Assembly: GCF_006345805.1 (NCBI RefSeq)
Contig: NC_043012.1
Coordinates: forward strand, 30,442,001 to 30,506,000
From: Octopus sinensis
Lineage: Eukaryota
DNA length: 64,000 nucleotides
Direction of reading: 5' to 3'
The notes under the pieces were generated by a model that worked only from the letters and a program-made list of their open reading frames with translations, was not told the DNA's origin and searched no databases. Positions 42,850-53,854 of this stretch are shown here, piece after piece; position 1 is the stretch's first letter; every line of letters starts with the position of its first letter. Made by a program: the position numbers and the translations under genes.

Positions 42850-43292
42850 GTAAAACCACCAGCTTCCTCGGCATCAACACCCACGGCGTCCTTGCAAGCA
42901 TCATCCTCATCGATATATTTATCACGGCCCTACCAGTTCGACTTCTTCACGCATGGATGAGTTCTGTATACGCAGCTCTGTTCAGCATCTTCTGCTTTTT
43001 CTATTGGCAAGCCGGTGGCAAAAACACCAAAGACAAACCGTATATTTACTCGGTCATCGACTTTTCAAACAACTGGGAAATGGCCCTGATTTGTATCTTC
43101 TCACTCATTTTTTTCATGGGACCACTGTTACACACTTTCCTTTTCTGTTTGCATCTACTGCGGAGAACTATTTATAACCGAATGTCTTGCTTACACCGCG
43201 AGAAGACATTGTTACACGAACAGGGACTCAGTGAAAATACCGAGATGCAACAAACATCAGACAAAGAGACGTTAAATATGAACAGTGTGTAG
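42850..43292 (+). CDS. rost: Rolling stone-like membrane protein, last coding exon
   Basis: Acceptor tttcttcttttgctccaccag|GT; encodes KTTSFLGINTHGVLASIILIDIFITALPVRLLH...GGKNTKDKPYIYSVIDF...MGPLLH...NSV*. A+B+C = 774 nt = 257 aa plus stop. Confidence 0.92.
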
Positions 43293-44045
43293 AGAATTGA
43301 ATAATTATACCCGTTTTGTATACAGGTGTGTGTGTGTATATACTTATGTCTGTTAATGAGCAGATGGAAAGACATATTGTAATATAGCCATATAATCATA
43401 ATATCTACTGTATGTATATATGAATGTATGTATATAAGTGTGTATATATATGAATGTATGTATGTGTGTATGTACAGTTGTATAAATGTATATTGAATGT
43501 ATGAATGTAATGTATATGAACACATAAGCTGTAATATAGCCTATCATTTTATCTATTGTATATATATTTCTTAAGTATACACTTCCACACGTGCACCCTC
43601 ACATATCAGTGTGTATGTGTCTGTATATAAATGTGTCTACATCTACACACACACACACACACACGTGTATGTATACGTGTATGTGTGTGTGTGGTTGTAA
43701 GTATGTATACCAAAGGTGAGTTCGTGTGCGTGTGTATATATATAAATATATATTTCGTCTTTTACCTTTGCCAGGAGAATCAGTGTTCATTATATTAAGT
43801 CCTCTCTCTTTCTCCTTGTGTGTGTGTATAAATATTGATCTTTAGCAGAAACAATAGATAAGTACCAATACACGAAACTCTCGGCCCTTGAGCCTCTCTG
43901 TTGCTTCTGCTAAAAAGTCAACAAAATACACATATCCTCATATCTTGAGTTCTAATTTTCCTGTTTGAATCACCATACCTACATATATAATATACATATA
44001 CACGCACACACACATATACACACAAACATATGTGTATATATATAT

Positions 44046-44077
<32 letters not shown>

Positions 44078-44088
44078 ATATATATATA

Positions 44089-44133
<45 letters not shown>

Positions 44134-44212
44134 TATATATATGTAATGGTACAAAGGTAAAAAAACTCAGGAAGACGAAGAGGGTGTATTAGTTTTACCC
44201 TCAGTTTTACCC

Positions 44213-44243
44213 AATGTTTCGAGCCTAGGCTCTTCTACGGAAA
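44213..44243 (-). ncRNA. Decayed minimal hammerhead-like motif
   Basis: Minus strand reads CCGTAGA-A-GAGCC(TA)GGCTC-GAAAC-ATT. Helix II is a perfect palindrome but the core is mutated. Confidence 0.35.
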
Positions 44244-44368
44244 AAATACAAGAGAGAAAAAAGATGAAAAGGAAAGACGCCCACATACATACACACGCAC
44301 GCGCGCACACGTAAGTATATGCGTATATGTACATCTAAATATATATATGCATATCTATCTTTGTATCA

Positions 44369-44407
<39 letters not shown>

Positions 44408-44411
<4 letters not shown>

Positions 44412-44597
44412 ATCCAAATATGAAAACACAACAACGCGAGGACGTGGAACAAGTATAGTATTATTGGACGCTCAGGAAAGAAGGAGGACTTAACGTTTCG
44501 AGCGGATCCCTTCGTCAGAAACATAGGAAAAGGAAAGATCCAAAGAAGGGAAGACGGAGGGAAAAAAATCGCCAACGGTACATACGCGGTCACATTG
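44408..44597 (-). mobile_element. Short (TA)n-adjacent repeat with a minimal hammerhead (Penelope-like terminal repeat derivative)
   Basis: Starts directly after (TA)n and contains the motif at 44489-44522. Confidence 0.5.
44489..44522 (-). ncRNA. Minimal Type I hammerhead motif (dimer-type helix III)
   Basis: Minus strand reads GTTT-CTGACGA-A-GGG(ATCCG)CTC-GAAAC-GTT|AAG: intact core, extra A before helix II, palindromic AACGTT helix III. Confidence 0.65.
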
Positions 44598-44994
44598 CGC
44601 CACTATTTATGAATATATGCCCACATAGGGGGAGAGAGAGAGAGAGTAGAGAAATAAGAGAGAAAGTGAAAGCGCCGTCGTATGCAAAATAATTCCCCTT
44701 CCCTTTATTATGAAATTATGGGGAACTATTCTCGCTCTCGCTCTCTCTCTTTCTCTCTTTCACATTTCCTATTTAAAAAATTAATTTAAAATTAATTAGT
44801 ACTTAAACTGCTGACCACGAAATTTCTCCCCTTTTCAAAATATTTTACCTCTGTCCAAAGACTGACACCTGACCTTAGGTGCCTCCGACTGTTCCTCTCC
44901 TCTCTATTTTGTGATCTCTAATAATATGAGAAGTGAACTGATGTTGTCCAAATGTCCGTTTGGGTTGAAGAAACAGTAACGAAAACAATGACAC

Positions 44995-45056
<62 letters not shown>

Positions 45057-45070
45057 TAACAATAATAAAT

Positions 45071-45101
<31 letters not shown>

Positions 45102-46877
45102 TAATTATAATAATAATAATAATAATAATTTTGGGCCCTAGGGATGGATCTATGGAGACGTGGTTTCTTGTGTGACTGGGTTCGAAAAAAATGTTGGCTC
45201 TGACGAACTTTGAATTCGTGAAAATGTTGGCTTGAAGGGGAAATGTTTTTAATGGAGATATGGTCGCTGAAATGAGAAGTTTGAGTAACTGAATATATAT
45301 ATATATATATATATTCTTCGTGCTGTTTTAGCCATAAGATGACGCCATCGCACTGGCTGGGCGGACAGGCCGGCATTTTGTTGGATGGGCGTTGACTATT
45401 CAGGAGTTCATCCGCCCTTTGTTGGGTCTTATTTTTCCATCCCACGGGTTGTCAGTTTAGTTGCCGATGACCCAACCATACAACAGGTTGTACTAGATTA
45501 CATGTTACCAGTAGCACTCTAGAGCGACCCGAAGCACCGTTGTAAAAATCACCGAAAACTGATTGACATTGCGATAGGATGGTAGATTTTTATACAAGAG
45601 GTTTTTATCTCTAATATTCAGCTAAGTTTCAGACAGAAGGAGGAAAGCGCAGGTTGCAGTAGCGTTATCTGCAGAACTCCCAGTGAAATAATGAGACAGC
45701 GATTTGGGTTCGGTAATATAAGATTGTAACATGTGGCAGTGGTTTTCCCTCCGGCACTAGGTTTAGAAACCGTCAGCTGGTTATTGGACACCCTTTCCAG
45801 GAACTTATTCTAAAGCAGCACTTAGAAAAAAGTACCGGCTCTTTCCATTCTCAAAGTTTTACAGCTGACATTATCCTATGTGTATATATACATATATAAA
45901 ATCACAGTGAAGAATTTGACAATATCAAACAAATCAAGTTCCTTACGGTTTACAAAACCATGGGCATCTTATCCGGCTACCTTACCCGACTTTCTACAAA
46001 ATGCTATTGCATTAGTATTTACTTTCTTAAAATTGTAAGTAGGTAATATATTCTGTGTATGTATATATATATATATATATATATATAATGCGGGTACAAC
46101 AATGTACTTTGCTTATGTGTACATGGAGCGTATAGGAAGAAAGAACGTCACCAGTGATGCAAGAAACGTTGAAAATCTGTGTGTAAGAAGGAATCGAAAC
46201 TGCATCCAGGGACGGCCCATGCCTGGCACGTACACTCATTAACACCCTGATGATCGCCATTGAGAAATGTAAATAGACAAACACCAATTAAAATACCAGT
46301 GTACATAGTCCAGTTCTGCACAAGTATGTGTGCGTGTGCGCATGTGTGTACATATATATATGACTTTTTGTGTGTGTATATCTATATATATATATAAATA
46401 TATATCATATTTAAAATATATATATAATATATAATATACATACATATATATAATGTACATATATATATATATATATCACCTTGACCGACCAGTCCGTCAG
46501 GCGTCCATTTGACACCGCTGGTCACAACACGCTATATATATATATATACATACAATATGTATAATATATATATATGTGTGTGTATATATATATACATATA
46601 TGTATAATATATATATAATGTATATATATATGTATCACGTGGTCACGTGATATATATGTATGTATGTATGTATGAGTATAAATATATACGCTCACGCATA
46701 TGTACGCGTATGCCTTTGTACAAATAAATGTATGTAAACGCATATATCAGTGTGTGTATGTGTGGTGTTCGTATCAGTAAACGCACACACACACACACAA
46801 ATGCATAGTCACATACATATGAAAGTATGCATGCATATTTGCATGTTTATCAATGTACATTCGTACGTATGTTTTTG

Positions 46878-46915
<38 letters not shown>

Positions 46916-47719
46916 TTTGGACCTGAATTTGGCGCTACGAAGTGGAGAGATGGAGTTTTTGTGGTGAATCTGTTGCAAGAGGCAGTGTTATTTCACAAGC
47001 TTTATTGGTGCGTCGCTCAATCATTTATTTTGTGGTACAAACATGAATTCGGCTGGCTTTGAGATATAACTCGGTGACGGCGACAAACAAAGGACGATTC
47101 TGTTAATAAAATGTTAACCACAAAACATAATTCATAAACGAAAGAAGAAAAACAAAAATAATCATCCATATGCCTACAACAACACAAAGAAGCATCCTGA
47201 AACACAAAGCTTGACACAAACAACCAAAAAAAAAAAAAGCAGAAAAAATTCACATTTAATTAAAAATTCAAATTATATCATACTTACATACAAATATGCG
47301 CACACACATATCTACGCACCGACGTATGAATACACACACACACACATATAATATATGTGTATATAATATATATATATGTATGTAATATATATATTTCTAT
47401 ATATAATATTATACATAAAGACGTATATATATAATGAGTGTGTGTGTGTAAATGTATAAATATTTATGTGTGTGTATTAATTTAGCTATTGTCTTGCGTA
47501 CAAGTCCACTGTAAGTGTAATTGTGAGTGAAGAGGCGGCGTTTAAATTGCATTTAAACGTACGAAACGAAACAATCGGTGTATATGAATAATAAACGATA
47601 TATATATATATATATGTGTGTTTGTGTGTATGTGTATGTATGTGTGTGTATATATGAATATATATAAGTATATTTATATATATGTATGTATATGTATGTA
47701 TATATATATATATATATAT

Positions 47720-47770
<51 letters not shown>

Positions 47771-47883
47771 TATATATCTATATATATACATAGTACTACA
47801 GCCTGTTCTAAACATTTACCGCTAACACACGTAAAGCTAACATTGATTTGACTAACAGATTTTTATCATGTTATACAATATAC

Positions 47884-47934
<51 letters not shown>

Positions 47935-48613
47935 ATCCACATGTATATATATATATATGCATATAAATATTCATACATATATGTGTGTGTATATGTACAC
48001 ATTTACATTTGTGCGGGTATATGTCTATACACACTCAAACACTGACACACATACGCACGCACACACGCCCACACATATGCAAGCATACACAAATACGAAA
48101 GCTTCCATTTTGTTTGTATCTACATCTTTTTGTTATATATATTTTCCTTTTGTCTCGCAATTATTTTAATTTCACTTTAGGTTCTTGTTATTGTTAATAA
48201 ATGCGTTTGTTTTTTTTAATTATATATTTACTTATTTATATATTTCTTATTTATATATTTTTCTAAAAATGTCTTCCTCCATTTCAAAATGGAAGTGAGC
48301 TTACAAGATGGCCGTCAGCACAACTGGCCGATTGTGATTCGTATTGTATTTATTCTAGTTTAATAAATACTGATTCAATGCACAAAGCAATTCTATTTGT
48401 AGTTGTTGCAGTTTTCATCTTGTGATTCAACGATGTGTTTTATACGATTTGTTTGCGGAAAATGCCAGTGACGGGAATGAATATACGAGTATTCGTTCAT
48501 CTGGTGCTATTAACTTAGACATGGCCTGCGCCAATCTTTGGTCGAAACATATCTAATTTATGTAAAATACATATATAATATATATAGGACACAATACAAT
48601 ATAATATATATAA

Positions 48614-48664
<51 letters not shown>

Positions 48665-48716
48665 GCACATCACATATATATATATGTACAAATATATATA
48701 TATAATGTGTGTGTGC

Positions 48717-48763
<47 letters not shown>

Positions 48764-49228
48764 TATATATATATATATAAATACATACATACATATATAT
48801 ATATATGTATGTCACTTGACAACCGATGTTGGTGCGTTTACGTCCAAGTCAAGTAGCGGTTCGGCAAAAGTGACCGATTGAATAAGTACTAGGCTCACAA
48901 AGTCCTGGGATCGATTTGTTCGACTAAAGGTGGTGTTCCAGCATGGCCACAGTCAAATGACTGAAACAAATAAAAATATAAAAGAATATAATGTATAATA
49001 TGTAATGTAATATATATATATTGAATTGAATTGAACTACTTTCAGCTCGCAAGCTATAGCCATGCTGGGGCATCACCATTTGGTGCTATATGTCTATAAT
49101 ATTTATGATATAAAATAATACAATATAAAATAACATAATATATATATAATATAGAATATACATAATATATATGTTTATATATATATATATATAATATCCA
49201 TCTATGTATGTATATATATATATGTATA

Positions 49229-49393
49229 CTTTATTTAAAGCAGCAGAAAATTCAACAAAACTTGTTACTCTGAATTTCCCGTTGCCGTTCGTCGGACAGT
49301 TTTTGCTAGATTCTAGCAAAAACTGTCCGACGAACGGCAACGGGAAACTCAGAGTAACAAGTTTTGTTGAATTTTCTGCTGCTTTAAATAAAG
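49229..49393. repeat. Near-perfect 165-bp palindrome (82-bp arms, 1-nt loop, one mismatch)
   Basis: Arms 49229-49310 and 49312-49393, centre T49311; mismatch GAATTTC vs GAAACTC. Confidence 0.95.
49319..49365 (+). ncRNA. Type I hammerhead-like motif with CCGACGA core (mirrored on the minus strand in the left arm)
   Basis: AAAACTGT-CCGACGA-ACG(GCAA)CGG-GAAAC-TCAGA-GTA|ACAAGTTTT; predicted cleavage after 49356; A.G mismatch closes helix II. Confidence 0.6.
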
Positions 49394-49470
49394 CATGTTA
49401 CTCTACCACTGGTATTTGAGTACTCTTTTTTCCACCTTGTTTCACATTTGTTTACTCCGGTATATATATG

Positions 49471-49502
<32 letters not shown>

Positions 49503-49749
49503 TATTATAAATGAGGGTGAAAAATCGATATTAATTTAATAATACCGTCAATTTAACACCAAGTGGCTTAGCACAAAAAACTACGGAGGAAATACAATTT
49601 ATACATACATTAATTAGAGAGTTATCCACTATGGTGGATAACTCTAGTGCTAAAAATAGCTCCGAAGCAACCACAGAAGATCCGTTTCCAACTAGAATCA
49701 ACACACATCTAACTGAAGGAAAGTGAAATACAACGAATAAAATAGATTG

Positions 49750-49824
49750 ACTCTATACAATTGTTTCATTACTAATGCATATGTAGTTTTACTTACACTT
49801 GCATCTATAAATCTTCGGTAGAGT
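49750..49824 (-). ncRNA. Hammerhead-like motif, array unit 1
   Basis: Minus strand reads ACTCTA-CCGAAGA-[long helix II]-GAAAC-AATT-GTA|TAGAGT, with a perfect 6-bp helix I. Predicted cleavage between 49756 and 49755. Confidence 0.7.
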
Positions 49825-50238
49825 TTGTCAGAAATGCAATTAATTAGATCGATTCGGGCGTCAAAAACACGAGCGGTCCAACCAATTACATTTTTAGTTA
49901 TGTCTCAAATTCCGCGCCAAAAGCATGCCTAGACTCCATTGGAAACGTATGCCGCATCAAATAAAATATTGACTGCCGCGTAGTTAATTTATAAAATTAT
50001 AAATGAGGGTGAAAAATCGATATTAATTTAATAATACCGTCAATTTAACACCAAGTGGCTTAGCACAAAAAACTACGGAGGAAATACAAATTTATACATA
50101 AATTATTAGAGAGTTATCCACTATGTGGATAACTCTAGTGCTAAAAATAGTCCGAAGCAACCACAGAAGATCCGTTTCCAACTAGAATCACACACATCTA
50201 ACTGAAGGAAAGTGAAATACAACGAATAAAATAGATTG

Positions 50239-50314
50239 ACTCTATACAATTGTTTCATTACTAATGCAATATGTAGTTTTACTTACACTTGCATCTATAA
50301 ATCTTCGGTAGAGT
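50239..50314 (-). ncRNA. Hammerhead-like motif, array unit 2
   Basis: Same motif as unit 1. Confidence 0.7.
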
Positions 50315-50730
50315 TTGTCAGAAATGCAATTAATTAGATCGATTCGGGCGTCAAAAACACGAGCGGTCCAACCAATTACATTTTTAGTTATGTCTCAAAT
50401 TCCGCGCCAAAAGCATGCCTAGACTCCATTGGAAACGTATGCCGCATCAAATAAAATATTGACTGCCGCGTAGTTAAATTTATAAAATTATAAATGAGGG
50501 TGAAAAATCGATATTAATTTAATAATACCGTCAATTTAACACCAGTGGCTTAGCACAAAAAACTACGGAGGAAATACAAATTTATACATAAATTATTAGA
50601 GAGTTATCCACTATGTGGATAACTCTAGTGCTAAAAATAGCTCCGAAGCAACCACAGAAGATCCGTTTCCAACTAGAATCAACACACATCTAACTGAAGG
50701 AAAGTGAAATACAACGAATAAAATAGATTG

Positions 50731-50806
50731 ACTCTATACAATTGTTTCATTACTAATGCAATATGTAGTTTTACTTACACTTGCATCTATAAATCTTCGG
50801 TAGAGT
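50731..50806 (-). ncRNA. Hammerhead-like motif, array unit 3
   Basis: Same motif as unit 1. Confidence 0.7.
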
Positions 50807-51221
50807 TTGTCAGAAATGCAATTAATTAGATCGATTCGGGCGTCAAAAACACGAGCGGTCCAACAATTACATTTTTAGTTATGTCTCAATTCCGCGCCAA
50901 AAGCATGCCTAGACTCCATTGGAAACGTATGCCGCATCAAATAAAATATTGACTGCCGCGTAGTTAAATTTATAAAATTATAAATGAGGGTGAAAAATCG
51001 ATATTAATTTAATAATACCGTCAATTTAACACCAAGTGGCTTAGCACAAAAAACTACGGAGGAAATACAAATTTATACATAAATTATTAGAGAGTTATCC
51101 ACTATGTGGATAACTCTAGTGCTAAAAATAGCTCCGAAGCAACCACAGAAGATCCGTTTCCAACTAGAATCAACACACATCTAACTGAAGGAAAGTGAAA
51201 TACAACGAATAAAATAGATTG

Positions 51222-51295
51222 ACTCTATACAATGTTACATTACTAATGCAATATGTAGTTTTACTACACTTGCATCTATAAATCTTCGGTAGAGT
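51222..51295 (-). ncRNA. Hammerhead-like motif, array unit 4 (core damaged)
   Basis: Plus strand reads ACAATGTTACAT instead of ACAATTGTTTCAT, disrupting GAAAC and helix III; may be a mutation or a read error. Confidence 0.5.
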
Positions 51296-51653
51296 TTGTC
51301 AGAAATGCAATTAATTAGATCGATTCGGGCGTCAAAAACACGAGCGGTCCAACCAATTACATTTTTAGTTATGTCTCAATTCCGCGCCAAAAGCATGCCT
51401 AGACTCCATTGGAAACGTATGCCGCATCAAATAAAATATTGACTGCCGCGTAGTTAATTTATAAAATTATAAATGAGGGTGAAAAATCGATATTAATTTA
51501 ATAATACCGTCAATTTAACACCAAGTGGCTTAGCACAAAAAACTACGGAGGAAATACAAATTTATACATAAATTATTAGAGAGTTATCCACTATGTGGAT
51601 AACTCTAGTGCTAAAAATAGCTCCGAAGCAACCACAGAAGATCCGTTTCCAAC

Positions 51654-51796
51654 TAGAATCAATCTATTTTATTCGTTGTATTTCACTTTCCTTCAGTTAG
51701 ATGTGTGTTGATTCTAGTTGGAAACGGATCTTCTGTGGTTGCTTCGGAGCTATTTTTAGCACTAGAGTTATCCACATAGTGGATAACTCTCTAATA

Positions 51797-51800
<4 letters not shown>
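51654..51800 (+). repeat. Inverted partial unit terminating the array (fold-back)
   Basis: Reverse complement of the unit segment ...AAATTATTAGAGAG through ...AATAGATTGA; followed by (TA)n. Confidence 0.93.
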
Positions 51801-51865
<65 letters not shown>

Positions 51866-51879
51866 TACATATATATCAT

Positions 51880-51940
<61 letters not shown>

Positions 51941-53104
51941 TACAGTTATATACATATATATACAGTTATAGAGTGATTGCTCTTATTCTTTTACGCACGT
52001 CTGCCTAAACAGATGGAACGTGTAAAGGTATTCATTTAGTTGTTGTATTCATTTATCTGTTTCAGTTATTGGACTGCGACTATGCTGGAGTAGTGGCTTC
52101 GAGCGTTTAGACAATCTTATCGATATGATCGACTAAACTCTGCGTATTTCAAAGATTGGTCTCTATTTTATCTGAATCTTATTGTCAAACCGATAAGTTA
52201 TGCAGACATAAATACAATGGCAACTACAATAAATGTAACACAAGGGCACTCATTTAACATAAAATAAAATAAAATAAAATATTAAAATAAAATCAAAACA
52301 CAATTGCACTGTATTTATCAAAGTCAGTATTGTCACGTGGTCGGTTTTACGTTGCTTTTTCTCGTGTTTCAGATGTTTGTTGAAGTTTGGCTTTTATTCA
52401 TATCACGGGAAAAGAGAGAAGAAAAATGTTGCATACAAAACTGTTTAAAATAATAGCTTTGGAATATTTTTATATTTTAGAATAGCATTTTATAAATGTG
52501 GGGGATTATATTATAATTCTAAAATGTTTAATACAAACGAAATCCCTTATGTCATTAAAATAACCTACCGTTTGTCGTTTGTGCATGACTTTTCCAGAAA
52601 AGCAAAGCAATTCGTTGTGTCATAATATCCTGTTACATCTCCCTCCTTCTCGTCCCCCTCTCACCTTTTGTCTCGCTGCCGCTCTTCAGCCTCCCATCTT
52701 CCTCTCACTCTGGCGATATTCACTGCATCTCATGACTTGCAATTTTCTGCAAATAATATATTTTCAACTGTGTGCATTTAGCAATTTTTTTCTTTTACTT
52801 CATTCACTCATTAGACAACGACCATGCTGGGTCACCACCTTGAAGGGTCCAGTTGAGCAAAGTCGAGCCCAGTACTTTTCTGTCGGTGTCTTTTGCTGAA
52901 CTACTAAGTTAAGGAGACGTAAACAAATACCGGTTGTCAAGCGGAAGAAAGGGGAAATCATAAACACAAAAAGACACACACACACACACTCTCTCTCTCT
53001 CGCACACACACACACACATGCATACACACACACATACACACACATACATGCATAGTACATACTCAGATACATACTTACATAGATAGATACACACACGTAC
53101 ATAC

Positions 53105-53810
53105 ACGCTACAAGTACCTTGGCATTGATGAAAATATATCATACCAAGGTACTGTGAATAAAGATAGAGTGACGCAAGAATATTACATCAGACTAAGAAG
53201 AATATGGCAGTCTGGACTCTCCTCTTACAACAAAACAATATCCCACAATGCATTTGCAATAACAGTACTGATTCCAACATTTGGGATACTTGACTGGTCT
53301 GTAGAAGATATCCACTCCATAGACATTAAAGCTCGCAAGATTGTAACATCATCTGGAAATTTCCACGAAAATAGTGATATCGACAGGCTCTACTTAAGAA
53401 GAGATAAAGGAGGTGGGGTGGGGCTTGATCTCAGTGCAGACAGCCTTCGAATGTCGCATAGTCTCTCTCTCTCTCTCTCTGACAGCTCTGGCTAAACAAC
53501 AACGGCAAAAATAAACACATTAACTTGGTGCTGAAATGTGAAGGAAACACTATTCTACGTGTTGGAAGTGAGCTCCTCGGGAAGCACCCTCTACCTGATG
53601 ACCTCCCGTACAACCCCAAATCAACCGGACAAGTATACCTCAAAGAAGACCAGAGCTGAAACGCTCACCATACTCTCTCTCTCTCTCCTCGTCCCGCCCA
53701 AAAAGACCATGCATGGCTATGTTTCTCGTAGACTTGAAGATTTTAACAGCATGAAGCGAAGTCTCTCTTGGACTTGTGACCACTATAACACGACACACTT
53801 CGAAGGTTAT
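53105..53810 (+). mobile_element. R4/Dong-like non-LTR retrotransposon fragment (RT C-terminal region), decayed
   Basis: YKYLGIDEN, KDRVTQEYYIRLRRIWQSGL, DIDRLYLRRDKGGG.GL; interrupted by (CT)n expansions. Confidence 0.75.

Positions 53811-53849
<39 letters not shown>

Positions 53850-53854
<5 letters not shown>

Larger units (their letters stand above)
49505..51662 (-). repeat. Tandem array of ~490-bp units (4.4 copies), one hammerhead-like motif per complete unit; retrozyme/Penelope pLTR-like
   Basis: Anchor ATGAGGGTGAAAAATCG at 49511, 50003, 50494, 50984 and 51473 (periods 492, 491, 490, 489); (TA)n at the left edge; no ORF >=60 aa. Confidence 0.95.

Noticed and set aside
45195-45232. CTGACGA...GAAAATGTTGGC hammerhead-like string
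   Set aside because: Helix II has only 2 bp and helix III lacks the C-G pair; possible relic but unsupported.
46247-46275. CTGATGA-TCG(CCAT)TGA-GAAAT-GTA as a hammerhead
   Set aside because: No helix I pairing across the cut site; compatible with chance.
48303-48315. CAAGATGGCCG YY1-like motif suggesting a promoter
   Set aside because: Single short motif with no associated exon or gene found nearby.
48516-48560. GGCC...GGTC-GAAAC-ATATC resembling a Penelope-type HHR 3' half
   Set aside because: The 5' core reads CTTAGAC, too degenerate to call.
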